DNA of 36,167 nucleotides, taken from the IMG/VR virus record IMGVR_UViG_3300016484_000260, positions 1-36,167 of that record. One strand, given 5' to 3'. Below, one piece after another: positions 26,263 to 34,023 of this stretch. The notes beneath the pieces were generated by a model that saw nothing but the letters and a program-made list of their open reading frames with translations, was not told the DNA's origin and made no database searches. The stretch is from a virus. Taxonomy: Duplodnaviria > Caudoviricetes. Each line of letters begins with the position of its first letter. The stretch's first letter is position 1. Made by a program: the position numbers and the translations under genes.

Positions 26263-26982
26263 TTAGATATCTTCTGCTTCACGCTTCATTGCTTCATCAA
26301 TACGCGCCTTGACTTTCTCTTTCAGCGCAAAGATTTTTTGCAGCGCTTCCTTGTCGTTCCTGAAGGCCGTCCTGGCAACGATGAACTGTTGCTTCAGGCA
26401 TTCCATGTCTTCGCAGTCGTCAATATGAAGCAGAAATGTGTCGAGATCTGGGCCAAGAACCTCGCCCTCAACAACTTTTTCGCCTTTGGCTGCACCGGAT
26501 GGCTTGACATCAAAATCAGAAACTTCTTCCTGCGAATACATGCCGCCGAGGACTGCCGGATAAACGGCGCGGACGCCTTCAGCGATCACGCGAGAACGAA
26601 GCATGGCGCGGGCGTACATCCGCCAACTGTCTTTACCAGTAAGTCCGGCACGTTTTGCCTGATCAATCGTCCATGAAAGCGTTAGAGAACCGCCCTGCGC
26701 GTGGCTGAATGTTGCCTTGCATTCTGTATCTGTATAGATGTGATATTCGACCTTGCCGCCAGCTTGCTGGAACCGGGCAAGAATGGCGTTGGTGGTCAGT
26801 GACGGGCGACCCTGAATGATATGATAATCCACGGCTGCCTGGGCAGGGTGAATGCCCTGCGCTTGCGAAAGAAGCATCAAGGACAGAGCCTGATCTGGCG
26901 TCTTGACACCGAACAGATTGGATTTCGCCATCGCGCCGGCCATGCGTTCCATGTCTGCCATAGAAACCAGATTATTGGACAT
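26263..26982 (-). CDS. RecT/Red-beta-like single-strand annealing protein
   Basis: YHIIQGRPSL, WTIDQAKRAGL...W..Y.RAML, VLGGMYSQEE motifs; ATG 26982 with RBS GAGGAGG. Confidence 0.8.
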   Translation of the reverse strand: MSNNLVSMADMERMAGAMAKSNLFGVKTPDQALSLMLLSQAQGIHPAQAAVDYHIIQGRPSLTTNAILARFQQAGGKVEYHIYTDTECKATFSHAQGGSLTLSWTIDQAKRAGLTGKDSWRMYARAMLRSRVIAEGVRAVYPAVLGGMYSQEEVSDFDVKPSGAAKGEKVVEGEVLGPDLDTFLLHIDDCEDMECLKQQFIVARTAFRNDKEALQKIFALKEKVKARIDEAMKREAEDI

Positions 26983-27184
26983 TGCTGACCTCCTCAAGAA
27001 CGGGGGAATCGCAAATCTGGCGAGCCAGACCCCATACCTCTTCGCTATACATCGTATGCACCTGGCCCATATGCTCAAAATCAGCTCGATACATATCGTC
27101 ACTTTTGTTGTTTTTGCCGACGAAGACCGGCGTGTTTTGCCGATACACGTTCCATGTACGGACAACTGGCTTGCTGCGTTTCAT
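26972..27184 (-). CDS. hypothetical protein, first gene of the leftward early operon
   Basis: 70-aa ORF overlapping the recombinase start. Confidence 0.55.
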   Translation of the reverse strand: MKRSKPVVRTWNVYRQNTPVFVGKNNKSDDMYRADFEHMGQVHTMYSEEVWGLARQICDSPVLEEVSNVQ

Positions 27185-27244
27185 TTCAATTTAACCGGCG
27201 GATCGGCCCCGCCTTGCCACCGCTGCACCTGCAACGTGAAGCGA

Positions 27245-27361
27245 ATTATGGTCTGCGGATAACAGAAAATACAGTCACGATTTCTTATGGATGACATGGG
27301 TAATAGTAAGAAAATCTGATAGTCGAAACTCTTGAATTGTTATCCGCAGCGGGAGTATATT
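27245..27361. promoter_or_regulatory. divergent promoter region (leftward recombination operon / rightward replication operon)
   Basis: Leftward -10 CATAAT (27245-27250). Rightward TTGAAT (27332-27337), 18 bp, TATATT (27356-27361). Inverted 12-mer TGTTATCCGCAG in both spacers. Confidence 0.65.
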
Positions 27362-27385
27362 CTGCGCCTCACTTCAGGAGATCGC

Positions 27386-27910
27386 ATGAATACAAAACCC
27401 AGAGCTGGCAAGAAATCCCTGCGGGAAACTTTTGCAGAGAACGCAGCAGCAGAGAAACTGTGGGCAGCAATGCACGGGAAGCCGCTGCGGGATATGTCGC
27501 CAGCTCCAGCGAAGCGTACCAGGTCTGTGGCAGTGAATAAGCCAACAGAAACAGAAGCTGACGCATTGAAGGCTATCACGCAATACATGAACACTCGAAA
27601 CGACATCGTTATGCTATGGCGGCAGAATTCTGGAATGGCCCAGTCGTCCAACGGTGCGCCGATCTACTTTTATAGATGGGTTAAAGGGCGGGATATGCGA
27701 ATTCCAGATTTGGTTGGCATGGACGCCAACGGGATGATGTTCGCCATTGAAGTGAAGCGCCCAGGCTGGCGCAAGCCGTCAGACCAGCGAGAGATCGAGC
27801 AGCAGAATTTTTTGACGATGATACAGGAACACGGTGGCCGCGCAGGTTTCGCAACTTGTATTGAAGACGCGGCAAAAATTATGGGGATGGATATGGGAGG
27901 TGGGGAATGA
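27386..27910 (+). CDS. VRR-NUC domain (PD-(D/E)xK) nuclease
   Basis: LWRQNSG, IPDLVG...FAIEVKRPG...EQQNFL...GGRAG motifs; RBS AGGAG before ATG 27386. Confidence 0.88.
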   Translation: MNTKPRAGKKSLRETFAENAAAEKLWAAMHGKPLRDMSPAPAKRTRSVAVNKPTETEADALKAITQYMNTRNDIVMLWRQNSGMAQSSNGAPIYFYRWVKGRDMRIPDLVGMDANGMMFAIEVKRPGWRKPSDQREIEQQNFLTMIQEHGGRAGFATCIEDAAKIMGMDMGGGE

Positions 27911-28101
27911 ACTGGAAATCAATCATTAAGCAAATCGAACACGAGCCTGATCAGGTTTGCTCGACGTGCAAGGAAACGAAACCGGCTGCGGCATTTCATC
28001 GGCGCCGTGATCGCAACGGGAACATGCGGCGCAGGGCGCAGTGCCGGGTGTGCTTCCATCGGCAACGTGGAAAAAAGGGGGAGAGGTGCCGCAATGGGTG
28101 A
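27907..28101 (+). CDS. small zinc-finger protein
   Basis: CSTCKETKP...F...CRVC. Confidence 0.65.
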   Translation: MNWKSIIKQIEHEPDQVCSTCKETKPAAAFHRRRDRNGNMRRRAQCRVCFHRQRGKKGERCRNG

Positions 28102-30790
28102 GCAACGGATCGACCGTAACGAGCTGCTGCGCCATGTGACGATAACCGCCGTCGCGTCGCGGTATGCCGAGGTGAAACGGGTGGGGAGCGAGTATGTAAC
28201 CATCTGCCCGTGGCATAACGACACGAAGCCGTCACTTACTATTTTTGAAGGCAAGGAAGGGCTTGAACGATGCTACTGTTTTGCTTGCGGGGCATCTGGC
28301 AATGTAATCGACTACTACATGCAGCAAACCGGCGAGGATTTCAAAACGGCACTACGGAACATGGCCGACGGGGTTATGACCAATGCCGCAGCGAAGCCGC
28401 TGGTTGCCAAGGATAAACCAATTAAGCCGGCTGACTGGATGGCATCAAAACCGCCCGCAGGGCAAATGCCGAAGTTCGATCACTATGAATTCGGTGAGCC
28501 TGTCGGTGTGTGGTGTTTCCGCGATACGGACGGGCAGCCGCTTTTTTATGAGGCCCGCTACTTGCGAACCGACGAAGATGGTGAGATCCACAAGGAGCCG
28601 CGCTGCATGACATGGGGCAGGCTGTCGGTCAATACCCCTTATAAGTGGGCGGCACGACACTGGCCGTCACCTCGCCCGCTGTACGGACTGGATCAGATTG
28701 CCAAGTACAGCGACGATGCGTCTATCGTTGTCTTTGAAGGCCCGCGTAAGGCGGAATACGCGCAATCAATGCTCAAGGTGCCCTGCGTATCATGGGCAGC
28801 AGGGGCGAAGGCGTGGAAATATTCAGATTGGTCAGCAGCAAAAGGGCGTAAGATTATCCTCTTCCCAGATAACGACATGCCAGGCCAACTTGCCATGCGT
28901 GAGCTTTCCGCGCACTTGTATTCCGTTGGCGCAGTGTCGGTTTCGATAGTTTCGATACCCGAAGGCAAGCCGGAAAAGTGGGATATCTGCGACGAAGAAA
29001 ACCTGACAGCCAGCGAACTGAAAGCAATCCTCAAACAACGTATAGAGGCCAAAACATTGGAATCAGCCGCTATTGAAGCCAGGGCCGTGATAGGCCGGAT
29101 CAAAACCGCTTACAAATTCGACATCAACAAGGTGCCCCACGACGACGGCGGTATGCACCATGAGCCGGAACCGCCAGCCGCGGCACCAGCCGTAGCAGCA
29201 CCAGCCGCCGATCCTGCTCCGCAAGGTCTGCCGGATGGATTCAAGCCCATGATGTCACAGCCGATTGAATGGCCAGATCCTGACAACATCGTGGGGGATG
29301 TGAGCGCCAATCGGATGAAACGGGAGCACCTGCCTGATCTGGTGGCCGGTTTGGCTTTCTTGAAGGCGCCACCGACCGGATCTGATCCTGGCGCCATTGC
29401 CATGTCGATGCTTGCCACTATCGCCAGTGCCATTGACGACCGCATCAAGCTGTATCCTGATCGTCATGGCAGTTGGGCGGAATCTGCGCGTATATGGGTG
29501 GCCCTGGTTGGCAGTCCTTCTGCGAAAAAAACATTCTGCGCGGAATACGCTGCCAAGCCGCTGAAAGACGCCGACGACGACATCGACCAGCAGAACGAGC
29601 ACGAGAAACGCAAGTTTAAAGCCCTGATGAAGAAATACGATTCGGCACTTTCAGAATGGATCGAGGCGGATCAGTTCGGCCCTTCGCCGCAGCATCCCGC
29701 GCAACCTGAAATCCCGCGTTACTATATGTCCAATACAACCATCGAAGCGTTCGGGGATGTGATGCAGTACAACCCACGCGGCACCCTGATTTTCTATGAT
29801 GAGCTTTCCGGATGGATCGGTGGAATGGGCCAGTTCAAAAACTCCGGCGGATCTGATCGTGCAGACTGGTTGATGTCCTATAACGGAGGCCCGCAAAGAA
29901 TCGACCGGATCACCCGGGGGAACATCAAAATCCCGAATTTTTCTGCTTGCGTAATCGGCGGGATACAACCCGACACTATTGCCAAAATTGCCAAGAATAC
30001 TGCCGAGGATGGCCTGCTACAGCGGTTCTATATCAGTTTCGTCCCGGAAGCCGATCCCGGCACGCCGCCAACAATGGATCAGGCCATGGAGATCAAGCAC
30101 TATGAAGGCCAGTATAAAGCCCTGATTCGTGCCATGCTTGATATGAAGCCGGACCGGAATCGCGTGGAGATGTCGCCAGAGGCCCGCAATATTACCCTGT
30201 CAACTTTCCGTGATATCCATAAGCTGGCGTCTTTGAATTCGTTTGGCACAAAGGCCTCGGCAGCCCTTGCAAAGTTCGAAGGCGGCATTCATCGGATGTG
30301 CCTGGTGTACCATGCCGTAGAATGTTTCCAGATGGGAAAGCACCCCGCGGATCTCGAGGTATCAGCAGAAACCGCCACTCGCGTATGCTCTTTGTTCAAG
30401 GGATACATCCTGCCGAACGTGACCTATTTTTACAATAGCATCATAGGTGACGCCAGCACGGCACTTAATGATCTCAAGCGTGCTGGCAATTTCATCCTAA
30501 GCAAGGGATTACAGAAAGTCACTGCGTCCGACCTGCGAAACTACGGTGGCCTGAAAAATCGCACTATAGCTGAGCGGCGTGAAGTGATCACGCATCTGAT
30601 CGAAGCCGGATGGGCTGAACCTGTCGATCACTATTCCGCCGGGGGTGTGGCGCGCAAGTACAAGATCAACCCGGCCGTGCATGTCAAATTCAAAACCTAT
30701 GCGGAGAAAGAGCTGCGCCGGCTCGAGGATACAATCAATGCTATGCGATCCTGCGGAATGACCGTTCGCAATGTAACGGAGCTGGCGTGA
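28094..30790 (+). CDS. primase-helicase: CHC2 zinc finger + TOPRIM + DUF3987-type ATPase
   Basis: CPWHNDTKPS...CFACGASG zinc finger; VFEG and LFPDNDMPG TOPRIM motifs; GSPSAKKT Walker A variant, DELSGW and DGLLQRF. Confidence 0.9.
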   Translation: MGEQRIDRNELLRHVTITAVASRYAEVKRVGSEYVTICPWHNDTKPSLTIFEGKEGLERCYCFACGASGNVIDYYMQQTGEDFKTALRNMADGVMTNAAAKPLVAKDKPIKPADWMASKPPAGQMPKFDHYEFGEPVGVWCFRDTDGQPLFYEARYLRTDEDGEIHKEPRCMTWGRLSVNTPYKWAARHWPSPRPLYGLDQIAKYSDDASIVVFEGPRKAEYAQSMLKVPCVSWAAGAKAWKYSDWSAAKGRKIILFPDNDMPGQLAMRELSAHLYSVGAVSVSIVSIPEGKPEKWDICDEENLTASELKAILKQRIEAKTLESAAIEARAVIGRIKTAYKFDINKVPHDDGGMHHEPEPPAAAPAVAAPAADPAPQGLPDGFKPMMSQPIEWPDPDNIVGDVSANRMKREHLPDLVAGLAFLKAPPTGSDPGAIAMSMLATIASAIDDRIKLYPDRHGSWAESARIWVALVGSPSAKKTFCAEYAAKPLKDADDDIDQQNEHEKRKFKALMKKYDSALSEWIEADQFGPSPQHPAQPEIPRYYMSNTTIEAFGDVMQYNPRGTLIFYDELSGWIGGMGQFKNSGGSDRADWLMSYNGGPQRIDRITRGNIKIPNFSACVIGGIQPDTIAKIAKNTAEDGLLQRFYISFVPEADPGTPPTMDQAMEIKHYEGQYKALIRAMLDMKPDRNRVEMSPEARNITLSTFRDIHKLASLNSFGTKASAALAKFEGGIHRMCLVYHAVECFQMGKHPADLEVSAETATRVCSLFKGYILPNVTYFYNSIIGDASTALNDLKRAGNFILSKGLQKVTASDLRNYGGLKNRTIAERREVITHLIEAGWAEPVDHYSAGGVARKYKINPAVHVKFKTYAEKELRRLEDTINAMRSCGMTVRNVTELA

Positions 30791-31041
30791 CGTTTGATCC
30801 TGATCGACCAGACTCGCACGCAAAGGCTATTAAAACGCCCCCTAGTCGATTTATTCGGCTGGGGTGGCATAAGGTATCACCCTATTGCATCAAAAGCCTT
30901 TGCGGGCGGTTTAGCTTGGCGAAATACACTGTAATCGGCAACGTGGTCTATGTGCTTTTCGATGGGGGCGAATCCGCGTGGAAGGGCACAGACCCTGCCG
31001 AGGGACGGCGCCTGGCAGCAAAACTATTTAGCGCAAAATAA
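30787..31041 (+). CDS. hypothetical protein
   Basis: GTGA overlap; ends at the terminator. Confidence 0.6.
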   Translation: MTFDPDRPDSHAKAIKTPPSRFIRLGWHKVSPYCIKSLCGRFSLAKYTVIGNVVYVLFDGGESAWKGTDPAEGRRLAAKLFSAK

Positions 31042-31042
31042 A

Positions 31043-31068
31043 AAACCCCACGTAATGTGGGGTTTATT
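31043..31068. terminator. bidirectional Rho-independent terminator between convergent operons
   Basis: AAACCCCAC-GTAAT-GTGGGGTTT with A/T-rich tracts on both sides. Confidence 0.8.
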
Positions 31069-31120
31069 GTATTTCGTGGTGGAATGGTTCGCCAATGGTT
31101 CGCTGCATGGCGCTCCATTA

Positions 31121-31318
31121 TTATGTATAAGAAATAATATAAACATGGCATCCTTGTTTTGCCAAGGCATTGAATTTATGCTTTGTTTTTCCGCTTAGGT
31201 AACCCCATTTGCCTTGCATATCTACAATGCCAACAATGCGAAAAGGATAATATGCCTTTAATCTTACGGCTTGATTATATGCGTCCTGTTTATCTAGTGC
31301 GTTTATGACGTTTTTCAT
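31121..31318 (-). CDS. hypothetical protein
   Basis: 65-aa AT-rich ORF 3 bp after the upstream stop. Confidence 0.55.
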   Translation of the reverse strand: MKNVINALDKQDAYNQAVRLKAYYPFRIVGIVDMQGKWGYLSGKTKHKFNALAKQGCHVYIISYT

Positions 31319-31321
31319 GGT

Positions 31322-31672
31322 TTAACTCGTTTTGTCCCCATCATCATACATATCAGCAGCTTTTCTGGTAGCCAGATCAACCCAATAGGATTCTATGTAT
31401 TTCTTGAGCAGCGAACCTACGCCATCGAATCCGTTGATCTTCAACCCACAGGCAAGCACGGCGAGGGTTTCTTTTGGCATTTCCCCAAGGGCCTCCGCTA
31501 CATTCTGAGGAAGGAACGGCGAGTAATCGCCGTCTAGCAAAGTTGCTGCCATTGTCTCGATGGATTCTTCCCTGTGCGTTTCTCTGTCATATTTCGCAAG
31601 GTAGCGGTTTAGATCAGCATCTACCGGATCCTTGAGCGGATATACGATTCGCTGGGCTGTGGTGTATTTCAT
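31322..31672 (-). CDS. hypothetical protein
   Basis: RBS GAGGA; 116 aa. Confidence 0.7.
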   Translation of the reverse strand: MKYTTAQRIVYPLKDPVDADLNRYLAKYDRETHREESIETMAATLLDGDYSPFLPQNVAEALGEMPKETLAVLACGLKINGFDGVGSLLKKYIESYWVDLATRKAADMYDDGDKTS

Positions 31673-31682
31673 AGTGCGATCC

Positions 31683-31781
31683 TCAAATTAACATCTCTGC
31701 GAAAGAGTAGGCGATCATCATTCCAACGATGAATGACAATACTACTGCGCGTATCAGTCCGGTTGGTTTCTGTTTATACAT
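31683..31781 (-). CDS. 32-aa single-TM peptide MYKQKPTGLIRAVVLSFIVGMMIAYSFAEMLI
   Basis: Read by hand; RBS TAAGGA. Confidence 0.55.
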   Translation of the reverse strand: MYKQKPTGLIRAVVLSFIVGMMIAYSFAEMLI

Positions 31782-31807
31782 GATCGATCCTTAGTTATAG
31801 GTAAGGT

Positions 31808-31870
31808 TTATAAATCAAAAATTTCAACGAGAATTGCGGCAATAAGCACGCTGGCGAGAATGGAAAGCAT
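31808..31870 (-). CDS. 20-aa hydrophobic peptide MLSILASVLIAAILVEIFDL
   Basis: Read by hand; RBS AGGTG. Confidence 0.4.
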   Translation of the reverse strand: MLSILASVLIAAILVEIFDL

Positions 31871-31897
31871 TGTTTATCACCTGTTTCTATTTCGCAA

Positions 31898-32086
31898 TCA
31901 TGATCTAAATTCTCCTTTATCCCCATCCCAGTATACGGGTGGCAATTCAAGTTTAAAATTTTCCGCTGTTTTTCTTGCCATGTAATCGTTATCGGAATCG
32001 GCGCATAGTTGCAAGCACTGGTGTATAAGCCTGCATTTTCCGTTCGACCAACTGATATATGTTTCGTAGTGCGGTTCGCGTGCCAT
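31898..32086 (-). CDS. hypothetical protein
   Basis: TAATG coupling; RBS GGAG. Confidence 0.6.
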   Translation of the reverse strand: MAREPHYETYISWSNGKCRLIHQCLQLCADSDNDYMARKTAENFKLELPPVYWDGDKGEFRS

Positions 32087-32298
32087 TATTCTTCTCCGTT
32101 TAGCATTCTGTTTATTTTCTCATCTTCGGCAGGAGATACTCTCTTAGCAACTTTAGCTCCTACCTCCAACACCTCATCTTCGAACCACGGAGTTGGGATT
32201 CCACAGCGTAGGAATTCTCCGTATTCGGTGTACCGCATGACTTCCCACCCCCGCTGATCTGATAGTCGCACCCAGTAGTACCCGATAGACCGTTTCAT
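32086..32298 (-). CDS. hypothetical protein (GYYWVR motif)
   Basis: ATGA coupling; RBS GAGGGG. Confidence 0.65.
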   Translation of the reverse strand: MKRSIGYYWVRLSDQRGWEVMRYTEYGEFLRCGIPTPWFEDEVLEVGAKVAKRVSPAEDEKINRMLNGEE

Positions 32299-32555
32299 TC
32301 TTGTTCCCCTCTCTTGTCAAAACAAAGGACGCGATAACGATCACCGGGCAATGCTCCACAGCATTCGCAACGATAATGGCGGAAACCGTATTCTGCGCCG
32401 TCCGGGATAACCATGCGATATTCTGATTCAAGTTTAGCTAAACCTTCATGTGTTGCCTTTTCTTCAGCATCATCCATTCCGGAATAGTCGTCATTGGCTA
32501 GTGCTATCAGACAACATTCGCAAACCTCATATTCATATGCGTCATTGCGTGCCAT
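32295..32555 (-). CDS. small zinc-binding hypothetical protein
   Basis: VCECC...CECCG...GDR motifs; RBS GAGGGA. Confidence 0.7.
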   Translation of the reverse strand: MARNDAYEYEVCECCLIALANDDYSGMDDAEEKATHEGLAKLESEYRMVIPDGAEYGFRHYRCECCGALPGDRYRVLCFDKRGEQE

Positions 32556-32570
32556 GATGTTATCCCTCTC

Positions 32571-33236
32571 TTATTTAGCAAGCCTGATATCGATAACACG
32601 ACGGCGGGTACCATGCGCTGGAAAACCTACAATGGCCGATCGCTGGCGCTGACAGAGCTGGCATGTTGCACAACTAATATCATCGCGCACGGCGGCCGGG
32701 CAAACTACTACCTTGCGCCCAGCTGGCGTTGTCGTGTTCGTAGTCTGCGAACTGGGCAAAACAACAACCACTGGGCCAGCTCCGGTATCTGCTAGTTGAT
32801 CTGCCTCTTCGAGATTGTTTGCCGACAAATTAACCGTAAATCCCCAACGATTCGCATGGCCTATCCAATGCAGCGAATCCTGGTCGCTGTAGTGGGAATA
32901 TGTAAATCCGCGACGGCCAATATTAGCGGCTACCAGCTCACCCAAAGCAACAGGATCAACTGTTTTCCCATCCCCAGGTAAATCCCCGGCCTGATTCGCG
33001 CGCCACAATTGGCCTTCAGGCAAATCAGCAATAGCATTGACAAAATCCGGCCAGAGCTGCCCGCGGTTGCCGGACGATACTGCCGCCCAATGAATAGCTA
33101 GCGGACCAGACGAGGCATAGCATTCTGAGCGCATGGCACAATTTTCTGGGCAGGTAGCCCGATCGGATGTAGAAACTGGTATCGGGCCTGTTTTCGCGTT
33201 GGCCGATTTCGTTGTGAGATGTACACGGTAGGTCAT
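32571..33236 (-). CDS. Cys-rich conserved phage protein (DUF7227/GP88-like; possible Fe-S protein)
   Basis: NAKTGPIP, TCPENC-x5-CYA, AGDL, GFTYSH, VVCPA...SCATCQLC...GFPAHG. Confidence 0.7.
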   Translation of the reverse strand: MTYRVHLTTKSANAKTGPIPVSTSDRATCPENCAMRSECYASSGPLAIHWAAVSSGNRGQLWPDFVNAIADLPEGQLWRANQAGDLPGDGKTVDPVALGELVAANIGRRGFTYSHYSDQDSLHWIGHANRWGFTVNLSANNLEEADQLADTGAGPVVVVLPSSQTTNTTTPAGRKVVVCPAAVRDDISCATCQLCQRQRSAIVGFPAHGTRRRVIDIRLAK

Positions 33237-33303
33237 GGTTTATTCCCTTTTAGTTTTTCACCTGGATCCGCCAGGCCGGTATCGAAACGCATTCGATGTG
33301 CTA

Positions 33304-33378
33304 ATTATCCGCATCCCAGCAGAAAATACCAATCACGATTTCTAATGGTTGCATCGTGAAACAGTAACGAAAGCTTAT
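33304..33378 (-). promoter_or_regulatory. leftward promoter homologous to the one at 27245-27320
   Basis: -10 GATAAT (33304-33309); shared block CAGAAAATAC..TCACGATTTCTWATGG; paired T-N11-A boxes. Confidence 0.65.
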
Positions 33379-33407
33379 AGGTAAAGACATTAGGTAAATG
33401 AGGCAAT

Positions 33408-33757
33408 GTGGAGAACCACATGTTAGGAGAAAAGACTCGCGTGTACCTGTAATTCAAAAGTTAATGTTTTACTTTAAGTTGTGATTTCATCGCCTGCCCC
33501 GTCTTTTTTCCTCATATGTTGTTATCCGCTTTACCTAATCCGCCTAGTATGTTACTCGATTAGCATATTTGATGTTTCACAGGCTAATTTACCTAATATG
33601 TCAAACATAATAGGCATATTAGGAGTAGGGTTATTACAAACATAATAGGTGAGTAAATTGTAAGGTTATTAGGGGATGGTTCGAGCATGGCATCGCCCAG
33701 GCATTGCCAGGCATCGGTCTGAATCCATCATGCTGCTAGTCTTTTTTCCTAACGTGT
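33408..33757. repeat. imperfect inverted repeats around AT-rich DNA (candidate origin)
   Basis: 33408-33436 versus 33501-33529 match 23/29 inverted; third partial copy at 33735-33757. Confidence 0.65.
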
Positions 33758-33783
33758 TGCGACGCAGCATGGGTTCGTGGTAA

Positions 33784-33933
33784 GTGAATACCTGATCAAT
33801 CTGCATGGGTATATACCCGACTAAGTCGTGGGGTTATATACCCGACTAAGCCGCATGGTTATATACCTGATCAAATCGTGGGGTTATATACCTGACCAGA
33901 CTGTGGGGTTATATACCTGACTAATCCGTGGGG
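33784..33933. repeat. 6 x 25-bp tandem repeat array
   Basis: Units start at 33784, 33809, 33834, 33859, 33884, 33909; core GG|TTATATACCYGA (unit 1 degenerate). Confidence 0.93.
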
Positions 33934-34023
33934 CCTTTCGGCTAACCCCCCTCCGGGTAGGGCCGGCAGCCAAGGGAGTGTGGTTCGGCATCCCCCACAA
34001 AAATTTTTATTTTTTGCTATGAT

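Noticed and set aside
28007-28093. ORF-track upstream start of the primase (also extended starts at 9579, 20594, 27165, 27332)
   Set aside because: Downstream ATGs have clear RBSs or stop/start overlaps; the extensions overlap neighbouring genes or promoters.
33784-33933. CRISPR mini-array interpretation of the tandem repeats
   Set aside because: The period is only 25 bp; the variable segments are ~10 nt and related to each other; no cas genes.
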